Source: Monocercomonoides exilis PA203
Taxonomy: Eukaryota > Protista > Preaxostyla
Length of the DNA stretch: 64,000 nucleotides
Direction: 5' to 3'
Assembly (NCBI GenBank): GCA_001643675.2
Contig: LSRY02000047.1
Location: 682,001 to 746,000, forward strand
Shown here piece by piece: positions 50,512-62,365 of the stretch. The notes below the pieces were generated by a model. The model was not told where the DNA came from and made no database searches. It saw nothing but the letters and a program-made list of their open reading frames with translations. Within the stretch, counting starts at the first letter, position 1. Each line of letters starts with the position of its first letter. Position numbers and translations under genes: made by a program.

Positions 50512-51626
50512 TTAAGAAAGCGGATCAGAGGAAGGTGATTCTCCAATTGGAAGTACCATTTTTGTCGATGCTTTAAATCTCAGCTCCTGTACAGAACGCA
50601 GATCGCTGACAATTCCCTTCACTCTCCCAAAATATACTGTCTCAATGTGAGATCGCATCTGATTTTCACTTTCCTCCACCATCATTCCCATAGTTTTCGC
50701 TTGTTGTGCTGGTGTAGTGGCATGAACTCCGAGTTTTTCAAACTAAGATTAATAATAATGGAATGTGAAATTGTATAAAAACAATCAATAAAAAATTTGG
50801 ATGTTTGTGTTTATTAAAAAGATAATGATAATAAAGAGAATGAAAGTGTGACATATCCAAAAAAAGTAAAACCTTTCTTGTAAGATTGCCAGATAGATCA
50901 ACAGGTGAGATGCCAAGGGATAAAGATATTGCTGTTGTAAGTCTAAAATCATATGCGCTTGAGTCAGTTGTTGATTTTGTTATTTTGAAAAAGTGGCTGC
51001 TATTCCAAGTTCCTTTTTGATGAGTTTCTCGACTGTCATAATCTGAAAAACATAAAATATTTATTGAATGTTTGAAAATATATATATATACCTTTCTTTA
51101 AAAGGACGCATGCTGCCATTCCTTCACCAGATTCCCATGCATAGACAGATGAGTATCCGCCTTCGTAATATACTTGCAAATATTTTTCGAAAAGACCATT
51201 AGCTTCTATTTCAAGTGATCGAAGTTTATCAGACGGGAGAAGACCTTCTTCGAGTGGTGGAAAGTATTGATTTGAATATGGCGAACTTTATATTTAATGA
51301 ATATAAACAATATGTTTTTAATTTCCAATATATTTTTTTGTTATAAAAAATCTGTGAATTTTCATACCGATATGAATCTCCATCGCGATTGTAATCGCAA
51401 ATTATAAAATCTCTTCCAACAGTTGTATCTGTTTCAGTTTTCAAAGGAACTTCAATGTGCTGCAAAAGCTTTTCTGTTAGATCATCTGCCAAATACATCA
51501 GATCTCTGGAGAGAAATGAACCTTATGGAAAATGTATTTTTCAAACCCTAATGTTTGTTCAATCGTTGAAGGTGGCATTCTTCGAGTCAGATTCATGCAA
51601 GCCGTAAAACGATCGTCTGCAGACAT
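50512..51626 (-). CDS. CAPZB: F-actin capping protein beta subunit (spliced)
   Basis: MNLTRRMPP, CDYNRDGDSYR|SPYSNQYFP, YYEGGYSSVYAW, GTWNSSH, MGMMVEESENQMRSHIETVYFGR. Confidence 0.94.
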
Positions 51627-52698
51627 TTTGATTTTTTTCTTTCGGCTATTGATCGATAACCATAATACAATAAGACAGATTTTCAGAAAATTGGAGATGT
51701 TGAAAGTGAAAACTTCTTAAATTGAATTTGTGCTATATATTTCTTTATCAATATGAATTAAAAAAAGGAGACGGACAAAAATACCCACATTGTCCACACA
51801 AGAAAAAAAAGAAAAAAAAAGTTTTAATTCATGTACCCTTCCTTCAGTACAAATGTCTTAGAGATTCCTCGTCCAATTTCCAATAAACAAATATGAAATA
51901 ACATTTCAAATTAAAAGTGTTCAACAAATGGTATAATAATGAGCAAGTTTCCGTTGTAGTTATTACGCTGTCAAATGTTGAAATTTGTGGATTTGATCTC
52001 AGAATTGTATTGAAATGGATATATTGAAGAGTTTTTCATTGATAATCAAAACCGATATCGAAATTGCTTTTCTAAACACTGTTCTATCATCATTTTATTT
52101 GTTTCCATTTGAATGGAAAATACTTTTGTTCACCCAATTCATTTCAATTTTTCATTTTCCATTTCTATCTTCTTTAACAGTCAAACAAATCAACCTGAAA
52201 TAAAATAGAAAAAATGAGGAAATCAACAACAACGAAATCCATCAATAATGCAAACATAGTCAATTCTCATTCTCTGTCAAAAACTGCTTCAAAATATGAA
52301 TAATTAAATTAATTCCTTTTTTAAGAATTTTTCGCTGAGAGTTTTCCATATTTTTCTATAAAATTCCATTTCCATATTTCCCGTTGAAGTCAAATCCAAA
52401 TCTTAAGGTGCAATTGCAGAAAAAGTTTGTAATTCCATTTCTCAAACAAAAACATCTCAATGATGATTAGCTATTGGTTTGATCAGATCTATCAAAAGAT
52501 TTGTCTAACTGGATTGTCCTTAAGTATCGATTGCTTTATAGAAACTTTTGCAAAGGTTGATCTTTTATAAAACTAAACAATCAGTTTTGTAGGTTTTGCT
52601 TTGATTTTTTAAAAGATAATCAACTTTTTTTTGTTATTTTCATAATTTGTGAAATGATAATCCGTTGCAAATACAAAAAACATATCCTTTAACAAACA

Positions 52699-54182
52699 GA
52701 ATGAGAATGAACACCAGAAACAAGCTAGAAGATGAAACTTATGTGCAATGCCTTTCAGACAAAATTTTAAGTTAGCTCAATTTTTCTTTTTTTAAAAATG
52801 AGAAATTTAATTTATTTTTTAATTTCTTTGTGAAGAATTATTTGACGATTTCGAACATTGCGCTACAAATGTACAAAAACAAAAAATCGAAGAAATGAAT
52901 GCATTAATTGAAGAAATGAATGAAAAAGAATATAATTTGATTTTTACAATCGAACTGTTTAATAAAGTCGACAAAATGATTGAAGGAAAGAATCAGGCTT
53001 CTGGGAATATCTTTTTATTGTTGAAGCATATTGGATACAACAAAACAATGAAACATATATTTAATGATGGCTTCATCAATTCTTCGTTAAGTACAAGAAT
53101 TGAAAAGTTGATTTTCAAAGAAAACCAGAAAAATGAAGAAGAAAACGTAAATCAGTTGATTTGCCTTTGTGAATGTTGTTTATTTTTGCGAAATGATGAA
53201 GATGATTGTTCAGAGGAATTAGTTCATATTTGCGTGTCTTGTCTTCTGAAAGTTGCACTGAGGAAAGAGGAATGTGAGCAAGCACAAAGAGAAGTGGAAA
53301 TGGCTTTAGTTGCATTGAGCAATATCGGGGCATGGGTGGTATGATTTCTTTTCTTCTTTTTTCTTTTTGTTGTTATAAAATTGTATTTGATGTTTATTCG
53401 ATATTTGTAATTTTTCGAAATAGGAAATGAAAGAAGATTTGTTTTTGGATGAGCTCAAAGAGGTTATCAAGCATCATGAGGAGCATCTTAACCTTACTCA
53501 AGTTGCGTATCAATCAGCTTGGATGTCTTTGATAAACAGACTATGGAACGACAAAAGCTTGGAAGAAGTGGTTGTGAATGAACTGCATTTTGTTCGAGAA
53601 GCAGTTAGAGAGTTGGAATACCTATTAATGCGTGTTGATTGGAAGGAAACAGGAAACGAAATCAAAGAAACGAAAGAAATGAAGTTAATTTGGAGATGGA
53701 TCGTTTCACTTGGAAATTTATTTTGTGCTTCGTCCTTATGGAAAAATGAATATATTGAGCTGATTCAATGTCTTGCTAAGATTTGCATCGCAGCAAGAGA
53801 AAAAAAACGAAAAGTTTTTTCCCAGTGCATTTCTACTTTTCGTGTGATTACACAACCGTATAATGCACATATTTATTATTTGCTTGATGGAGGTGCTTTT
53901 GATCTTCTTATGGAGGAAATTCAGCAATCTACGTTACAAGATGGAATTGCAGGTAATTGCTTAGATTTCTTTTTGCGTATTTCTGCTAGAGCGAATAAAA
54001 AGATGGATAATGAAATTAACGAAGCAAAAAGAAAGGCAAAAAGAAAGGAGATATTTGAAAAGATGGAAGAAGAAGGATTCGAAGATATAATCACAAGCTT
54101 TCTCGAAAACATTCCATTCATTAACAAAAATTATTATTTAGTATTATCATTTAATATTTCAGATTATTTGGTGAATATTTAA
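52699..54182 (+). CDS. Member of a lineage-specific helical (ARM-like) multigene family
   Basis: ORFs 52895-53344 and 53427-54182 joined by a GT-AG intron; EEMNALIEEM..LCECCL..CLLKVA..EVEMALVALSNIG..EEEGFEDII; two decayed paralogs in this window; start uncertain. Confidence 0.65.
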
Positions 54183-54801
54183 ATCATATGTGCTTTTAGG
54201 ACTTTGCTTGTTTGAGACTTATTTATATAAATGTTTTTGCTTTTATTTTTATTAGAAAAGAAGAAAATTGATGTTTTATTTCATTCCAAAAATACATTTG
54301 TTACGAATTATTTTGCTTTATAATTTTTGTTCCACAGACTATTTTCTTTTATTTTTAGAAATTATTTAATTTTTCTTCATTTTTTGCATGATGATGTGAG
54401 ACTTATTATGTTATTATAGCAGGAAAAGTTGGAACAAATCGTTGTTTTTATCTAAAATATTTCTCCATTTCAATGGCGCCAAAAAAAGAAAAGAAAAAGA
54501 AAAGAAAAAAAAAAAAGAAAAGAAAAGAAAAAAGAAAAAGAAAAGAAAAAAGAAAAAGAAAAGAAAAAAAAAACTCTTGTGAAACAATCAAAAGCTTTAA
54601 TTAAAGCTCTTTTTCACTAAATAGAACAAAATAAATTTTAATTATATGGAACTTCTTTCCCATGTTCATAAACAAAATCAATCGTAATTCATTAATACAA
54701 ACACTAATTGTCGTTTTTGCTGCCTCAATTATTTTCTAACAAAACATAGTTTTCAAGAATGCAACATTATTATTTAAACATTTGTATTTAAAAAACTGGA
54801 T

Positions 54802-55191
54802 TCAAGTTTCAGCCGTAGATTGCTTTTGAGGGTTATCATTTGGAGATTTCGAAGTTGGAAATAAAAAATTATACAAGGGGGAAGTACCGTCAGAAGGAGT
54901 TGTTGCGCGAACTTCTTCAGAATAAGTTGATGGATGATTACTTGTTTGGTGATGAATCGATCCACATAATGTGCAAATACGATGCTTTTTTGATTTATGT
55001 GACAGTATGTGATTATGCAGGCACTTTTCTGAACTGTAAACCTTTTTGCATTTCAAAAAATTGCATTTCCAACATTTTATTTTTGTATGAGAAATTTTGC
55101 GATGGTAACGCAATAACGTAAGAGTTGAAAAAGTTCTTTTACACCCAGGGGAAGAGCATGTAAATAGGTGTTTTGCGCAGTGAGATTTCAT
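54802..55191 (-). CDS. Small C2H2 zinc-finger protein
   Basis: CSSPGCKRTF..LLRYHRKISH and CNFLKCKKVY..LHNHILSH, plus a partial third finger. Confidence 0.6.
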   Translation of the reverse strand: MKSHCAKHLFTCSSPGCKRTFSTLTLLRYHRKISHTKIKCWKCNFLKCKKVYSSEKCLHNHILSHKSKKHRICTLCGSIHHQTSNHPSTYSEEVRATTPSDGTSPLYNFLFPTSKSPNDNPQKQSTAET

Positions 55192-55277
55192 CTGTAAGAA
55201 ACGAATAAAGAAATGAACTTATTTATCTGTAAATGATCTTATAACCATAGGAAAAGAAAAAAAGTACTTGGACTAAA

Positions 55278-58200
55278 ATGGATTTGATTTCTTGCGTTGA
55301 AAGAACGTTAAGTCCAGGTTTGTAATTTTCTTTAAAATTATTAACATTAACTTACAATTTTTTCATGAAAGATCCAAATGTTAGGAATCCGGCGTATCAA
55401 ACTTTGATTCAGATGCAAAATGCTGATTTTGTTTGAAGAATATAAACTTTAATCTTTAAAGATTTTATTCATTTAAATAGCCTAATTATATACTTATGCT
55501 TTCACAAATACTTTCAGATGAAACAAAGCTTTCAAATGTTAGACAAAATTCAGGAATTATTTTGAAAAATGCAATTGGTCTTCAAGTATAACTTCTTTTA
55601 AAAAATTTTTATTGCATTCCTTTGCAATTCATATGTTTTTTTAGAACGAAGCTGGACAATCTAAGTGGATTCAAGCAGGTGATTCGACTCGAGGCGCTAT
55701 TAAACAAAATATTTTTAAAACTCTTGCCTGCTCTGTTAGAGATGCTTCAAAAACTGCGAGCCTCGTCTTAGCTGCAATAGGAGTGATTGAGATACCGCTT
55801 GGATTGTGGGAATCATTAATTTCTGATATTGCAGGAGCCATGAAAGCAGATAATCACATGTTAAAAATTTCTTTGCTAACAGCACTTGGATATCTCTGCC
55901 AAGATTCGGTCTGATTCAAAAAAGTTACAGCTTGTTATTGTGATTTCTAATTCATTGTAATTAATGTTCATTTTCACTGTGGGATATATGTTCCTCGCAA
56001 CAATAATTTCAGGATGAAGATGCCTTAACTCGGTTTAGTGGAGCAATTCTTGGGGCCGTCATGAGCGGAATAGAGTCTCAACAGCCTCTGCCTGTTCGAG
56101 AGGCAGGCTGTCAAGCACTTCTCAATGCGCTTCCTTTCGTATCTCGCAACATGTCAAATGACACAGAACGCTCATTTCTTATGAACACTATCTGCGACCT
56201 GACAAAGCTCGGGCTCGGAAGCAGTGCATCGAGCGTGGCTGTGGGGTCGCCGGAGTGGCTGAGCCTGCGGAAGATGCGAGAGAAAGGCTACGAGTGCCTG
56301 GTGCTCGTCTGCGACAAGTACTACGAGTACCTCCTGCCGTACATGTCGCGCATATTCGAGGCCACCATTGAAGCCATCCGCGGCCGGCACACACCGCCCC
56401 CACCCGCAGAGGGGGAATACGCCGCGAACAACGAGGAGATCCTCCTTCTGGTGCTGGACATGTGGCTGATGATCGGTGAGCGGGAGAAGGACCTCGAGGA
56501 GCGCGAGCGGAACCGCCTAGAGGACGACCCGGAGGCTGTGGAGGTGGGCGAGACAGGGAGCGGGATGTATGCCAGCAGCTCCACGCCAGCCAACATGGGA
56601 GGGATGCAGCTTGGCGCAGTCGAAGTGGACGGCGACGGGAACCCGGTGATCAAGTCACTGGGCCTGTGCAAGATGGCGTGCAGCTCGCTGCTGCCGGAGA
56701 TCCTGCCGGTTTTTCTGGACATCAGCGAGAACACATTCACAGCAGAGAACTGGAACCCGGTGCACGGAGCAGAGGCCGTGCTGGAGTACCTGGTCGTGCA
56801 CAACGGAGACACTGTGCTGTCGACGGTGAACCAGTTCATAGCGAGCGCTTTTGCGAGGGGGGATTGGAAGGGCGCTGATGCTGCCATCCGCGCCTTTGGC
56901 TGCCTGCCCCTCGCTTGCTCGGACGATGCGATGAAGCCGCTGGTTGACTCGGCGCTGCCGAAGATGTTCCAGCTGTACTTCACACAGCCCACCACTGCTG
57001 CTGCTTCTTCTGTCCCTTCAGCTGCGCCTGGCACACTTGCAATGAACGAGGACGCGGCAGCTATTCTGAAGGAGACGATTATCGCAGCCATCTCAAAAGT
57101 GGTGTGTGGCTGTGTGCTGTTAGCAGCGCCGTTCCTGTCAGACATCGTGAGAGTGCTCGAGGTGGCGCTGGCAGACAGCGACTCCGATGTGGTCGAAGGG
57201 GCGTGTCAGTGCACAGCGGACATTGCGAACATCGCACTGAAGATTCTGGCGGATGACAGCGACGACGACGATATTGACGAGGGAGATGGCGCTGCCTCAG
57301 ACACGAGCGTGCCTTCGGCGAGTGTGCAGATAGCTGCATCGATCGAAGCGACGGCGCAGCAGACAAACTTCATGTCCGGGGTGATTGCGAAGCTGTTTGA
57401 CCCGGTCCTGCAGAAGGCAATGAACGTGCAGTCGTTCGGAGGCAAGTCCACAGCAGTGGCGTGGAACGCAGCGAATCTGATGCTGAATTCAGCTGCTGCT
57501 GATGCCATCCCGTTTGTGTCGACGAGAGTGAAGATGGTGCTCGATGCGGCAGGGCAGCAAATGCAGGAGAGCCTGGCACGTATTCAGCAGCAGCAACAAC
57601 AACAACAGGGGCAGCCAGTTAAAGGTTTGGGTTGGATTTTGTTGAAAAACAAACTTTTTTTTCTTGCTTATAAACTTTCTCTTATTTTTTATAAAATCTC
57701 TTGTAATAATATTTCTTTATTTATTTATTTATAACATTTCCCCCCAAATGATTATATTTTATTTTCAAATTCACTTTTTATTTTTTCTGTCTTTCTCATT
57801 CAACTCCATTTATCTCTCCACACATTCACATATCCACATATCCACATATCCACATATCCACATATCCACATATTTACAACCACAGACCAGCTCCTGGAAG
57901 CCGAAGAGACGCAATATCGCGAGTACCTCATGTTCCTCTCCTCAGCCGTGCAGAAGCTCGCATCCTCATCTCCACTCCTCCTCACCCCTTGTTTCGAAGC
58001 AGCTGTCCGCGCGCTGTCGCTGCCGATGGACAAAGTGAACGAAGAAGCGCTCGCCCTTCTCGAAGGCATCTCTGACGCCGAAGAATCGAACTTCCTCGCA
58101 CGCCTGCCGGCATGCATGCCCCACCTGACCCGATGCATCCAGATGATCGAGTACGACGACATCGTCATCACTGCCTGCAACACCGTCGGCAGCGTCGTCC

Positions 58201-59021
58201 GCTCCTCTGACGGAAAAGGAAGAGAGATTCTTCAGCAGTTCCTGCCATTCATCGTGGAGCAGATCACCAAGATCTCAGCAGCCATCTACCCAATCCCTCA
58301 ATACACTGACCCCTTTGCTGCTCCTTCTGGCGCTTCTTCTGCTTCTCCCGCCACTGCCTCCCCTTCTGTTTCTTCCAATGGATTGCCTCCTCTCCCTCCA
58401 GAATGGGTCTCTCTGTCTGCACTGTCGTCGTACCTGAGTCTCTTCTTCGACTACGCCCTTGAATGGAAAGCAGCCATTTCACAATACATCCCTCCGCTCT
58501 GCCCGCTCTTTGCAAAAGCTGCGTGTGTCTGTGGCTGGCCGTCGCCGCAGGGCTCGCAGGAGAAAGTCGACCTGCTCCGCTCCTCTGCGCTGGAGTGCTT
58601 CTCAGCTGCCTTCCACGCGCTCAACCCGAAAACGATGGGCTCTTCTCCAATGCCAACTGCTGTGACGGAAGAAACGATTGTGCAGCTGGTGCGGCTGCTG
58701 TCGGCGTATGCGTACCAGGCGATCTCTGCACTTCTTGTTCTGAATTCTCCCCGGCCATCCACTCCACAGGCGCCACAGCCTGCTTCGTATGCGGCTGCGG
58801 TGGCTCTCCCGCAGAATGCGCTGGGAGGCCAGACAATGGCGAAGCTGTGTGCGCTGCTGCTGGACATGGCACAGACGGTGCCGGGTTCTGCAGTCTCGGT
58901 GTGCTCGAACAGAGACGTCGTTGCGTTTGTGCTGGCGCATGTGAAGGACGAGGACCCGGAAGTGAAGAAAGCGGCGAGGAGCGCGAGAAAGGCGATTAGA
59001 TCGCTGAAAATCAAAATATGA
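55278..59021 (+). CDS. KPNB1: Importin beta-1 (spliced)
   Basis: IBN_N exons (RQNSGIILKN, IEIPLGLW, LTALGYLCQD); NALPFVSRNMSNDTERSFLM; DWKGADAAIRAFG. Confidence 0.9.
57823..57872. repeat. Intronic (CACATATC)n tandem repeat
   Basis: About 5-6 copies of an 8-mer just upstream of the final importin-beta acceptor site. Confidence 0.85.
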
Positions 59022-59387
59022 ATTTATTTATGTCATTTCAGAATTTTTTTTTTGTTGACTTTATATTGAAATTCATAAAAATAAATAATATATATTTCAA
59101 TTAACTTTAAATTAACATTTTTTATGATTATAAGTGGATTGCATTCTATCCTGCTTGTTAGAGTTTAATGTTAAAAAGGAAAATTGATTTTCAATAATAA
59201 TTAATGTAGTGATAATTAAGAAACTTGATTTTTGGATAATTTTCTTTTTCAAATTGCCACATTTTTTACAAAGCAGTGAATGCTCTTTTCAATTGAAGAT
59301 TCATTTTCTTTTTCTCAATCAACTCTTTCAAAAAAATAAACAATGTTATGGTCATCATTTGATCAATTTATTTATTTCTTCCTAAAA

Positions 59388-60791
59388 ATGGATTTGTCTA
59401 AGCTTATTAGTCAAATGCAACCACAAGCACAACAAGGAATGGACGAGCCAGTTCCTGATGTTGGGGAAACAATTACAATTTCTTCTTTGGCACTGCTTAA
59501 AATGCTTAAGCATGGAAGAGCAGGTGTTCCGTTGGAAGTCATGGGACTAATGCTCGGCTCGTTTGTAGATGTATGTACCTTTTTGTGGTGCGTTTATTCA
59601 TATTTATATATCTATTTTATATTTTGTTTTGAAGGATTACACCATCCGCGTTGATGATGTTTTTGCTATGCCTCAGAGCGGGACAGGAGTTTCAGTTGAA
59701 GCTGTTGATGAAGTATTTCAGCAAAAGATGATTGATCTTCTTAAACTTACAGGGCGTACAGAGGTTGTTGTTGGATGGTATCATTCTCATCCAGGTTTTG
59801 TATTTGTTTTTTCTTTCATTTCCAGCAAATAATAAGAATATTTTTAAATGCAGGTTTTGGTCCATGGCTTAGCGGAGTGGATATGAATACTCAGCAGGTT
59901 TGTACTGATGTTTGGAGGTCTTTTTATTTCTCCGTATATTTTGTCATTCAGAGCTTTGAGAAATTACACCCTCGCGCTGTCGCCGTTGTTGTTGATCCTG
60001 TACAAAGCGTAAAGGGTAAAGTTGTTATAGGTATGAAATAATTTATCGCAAGATTTAATTATTTTCATCTCGTATCTGCAATTTTCTTCAGATGCATTTC
60101 GCCTCATCCCACAAATGACCATGATGACTGGAGCAGAGCCGCGTCAAACCACATCTAACATAGGGCATCTTGCGCGTCCATCGCTTGTTGTATGCCTTTG
60201 CTTTGTATTTTAAGATTTATCCTCCTAATTTTATAAATTTTCTAAAACATTTCAGGCTCTTGTTCATGGATGCGGGAGGCAATATTATTCAATGCCAATT
60301 GAATTTAGGAAGAATACGCTTGAAGAGCAAATGTTGTTGAATTTGAAGAAAAAGGAATGGATAGAAGGAATGAAAATTGCAAGTTTCACGTCAATTGAAG
60401 ATGATAATGAAAAGAGAATGAAGGTTATTCTTTTGAGTTTTTTTTCATAAAACATTCATTTTATTTGTTTTTTTATTATTACACATAAATCACATTTATA
60501 TGAATATATTCTTTTTATTTAGGAAATGGTTTCTCTTGCCGATTCATTTAACAGGAGAATTATTGAAGAAACATCTGCAATTATTGAAAAACGTCAAGAA
60601 AAACAAGGTTTGAGCTTAATTTTTCAAATTTAGATTCATCAAGGAAAAAATATTATCTTTGTTTCAACACAGAATTGGCGATGGTTGGAAAAGTTGATCC
60701 AAAAAAGCAGCTTGACACAGCCGTCTCGCAAACAATAGAAACAAATTTAAGTCAAACACTTGGAGTAATGCTGTCAACTGTCGCTTTCTAA
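59388..60791 (+). CDS. PSMD14: 26S proteasome lid deubiquitinase Rpn11 (spliced)
   Basis: [27 protein letters not shown]; [22 protein letters not shown] motif; [18 protein letters not shown]; C-terminal VAF*. Confidence 0.97.
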
Positions 60792-61547
60792 ATTCATTTC
60801 ACTTTCATTTTTTTTTTTCCTTTTATTTAAGTTTTTGGTAATTATTGTTTGATTGATAAATGTATTTCATGCTTTTTCAACTTCAAAAAAAAATTAAAGG
60901 GATATACTATTCTTAGAAAGTTAAACCAGGCTTGAATTCAATTCATAAATTAAAGAACATCTAAGAGAAAAGTGCATTTTTTAAAGAAGGAAGTGCAGTT
61001 ATTCATGCATTTTTTCCATTTCAATAAAATGCAAAATTTTTGCTGTTTCTTCACAAATATCTTAAATCGTTGAGATTATTCCCAGAAATCCAAAGGTCAC
61101 TGGAAGAGGAAAGGAGGCTGCTAAAGAGGAGGAGGGCAACAGTGGTGAGTTGCATTGAATTTGACAAGCAACAAGAGCGAGCATCACAAGAGCGAGTCTT
61201 GAAATTTGAGAAGATGGAAGCAGAAACTTCGGCTTCTTTTCATTAATAATGAATCTGATGAAGAGAGAGGGGTAAAAATTATCAGAAAAAATACATATGC
61301 ATCAGATCTAGAAGATTGGTTTGACAAAAACACAGGTGAAAAGATTGATGACAATTGTTTAAAAATCTCTCAGGGATTGAATAGTCCAAATTCAACAAAA
61401 CAAAAAGATAAATTGGAAGATATCTAATGATAATTTACAAAAAGAAAAGTTGAACACTTTTGGCCAATTATAGTTCATTTACTTCGAAGACATTTCAATA
61501 TTTTTTCTCTTCAAATTTTTTTTTACAAAACGCCCTTAATATTTAGA

Positions 61548-62171
61548 ATGTCAAAACGAAAACAGTTTGTATTTTTCTTTTTTCTTTTTATTTGAAAAGA
61601 ATGTAATTAATAAAATAATCCTCCTTTCAATTTATTTTTTATGATAAATTAAACTTTGTTAAACTTTGTTTTCTTCCATTCTAACAACATATTTGGTTTA
61701 ATTTATAATTTTCGTTTTTTCAGGTCAACAGAGTCTGTCATTCGTCAGCTTCTTGTCGATACAACAGTACTTACAACAAAACTTGAATCCCAATTGGCCT
61801 TGTATGGAATATTTCCGATTTTTTTTTTAATCAGTTATTTTGAATTTTTTATTCTTAGCTTTGATTTGGGGGGAAAGGAACGAATGGGCAGAACAGCAAT
61901 GGGTTCCACAGGAGTATCAGGAAATTCTTGTTATGATCCTAATACTACCAGATATTCTGAGACAAGTCAAGATACTCCTCATGAAGAAGATGAAGGAACA
62001 TACGAGCAGACTGATGAAAATCAAGAGGAACAAGTTGAAGAGCAAGGTGAAAATCAAGAACAAACAGAAGAACAAACGGAAGAACAAAACACAGAACAGC
62101 AGGACACACAACGAGATGAAAATGCAGCAGGAGAAATGGAGGATGCACAAGAAGGAGGTGAAGAGCAGTGA
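61548..62171 (+). CDS. Small hypothetical protein with Glu/Gln-rich acidic tail
   Basis: MSKRKQ|STESVIRQLLVDTTVLTTKLESQLA.|..EEQ-rich C-terminus; plausible GT-AG introns. Confidence 0.5.
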
Positions 62172-62365
62172 AACTTCTGAGCATTTCACAATAAAAAAAG
62201 CACTTATTCTGATTTTCTCACTTCATTTATTTCATTGTTTTATTTTGCAACGAACAATATTTTTTCAAAATGATATTTTCCAAAAGATAATTTCAATTTT
62301 AAAAAATTTTACTACCAAGCAGCTATTCGATAATAATGATCATTTCCCATACTATAGTAAAAGAA

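Noticed and set aside
61040-61427. Two short charged ORFs between Rpn11 and the acidic-tail gene
   Set aside because: No clear start, splice pattern or domain; probably decayed sequence
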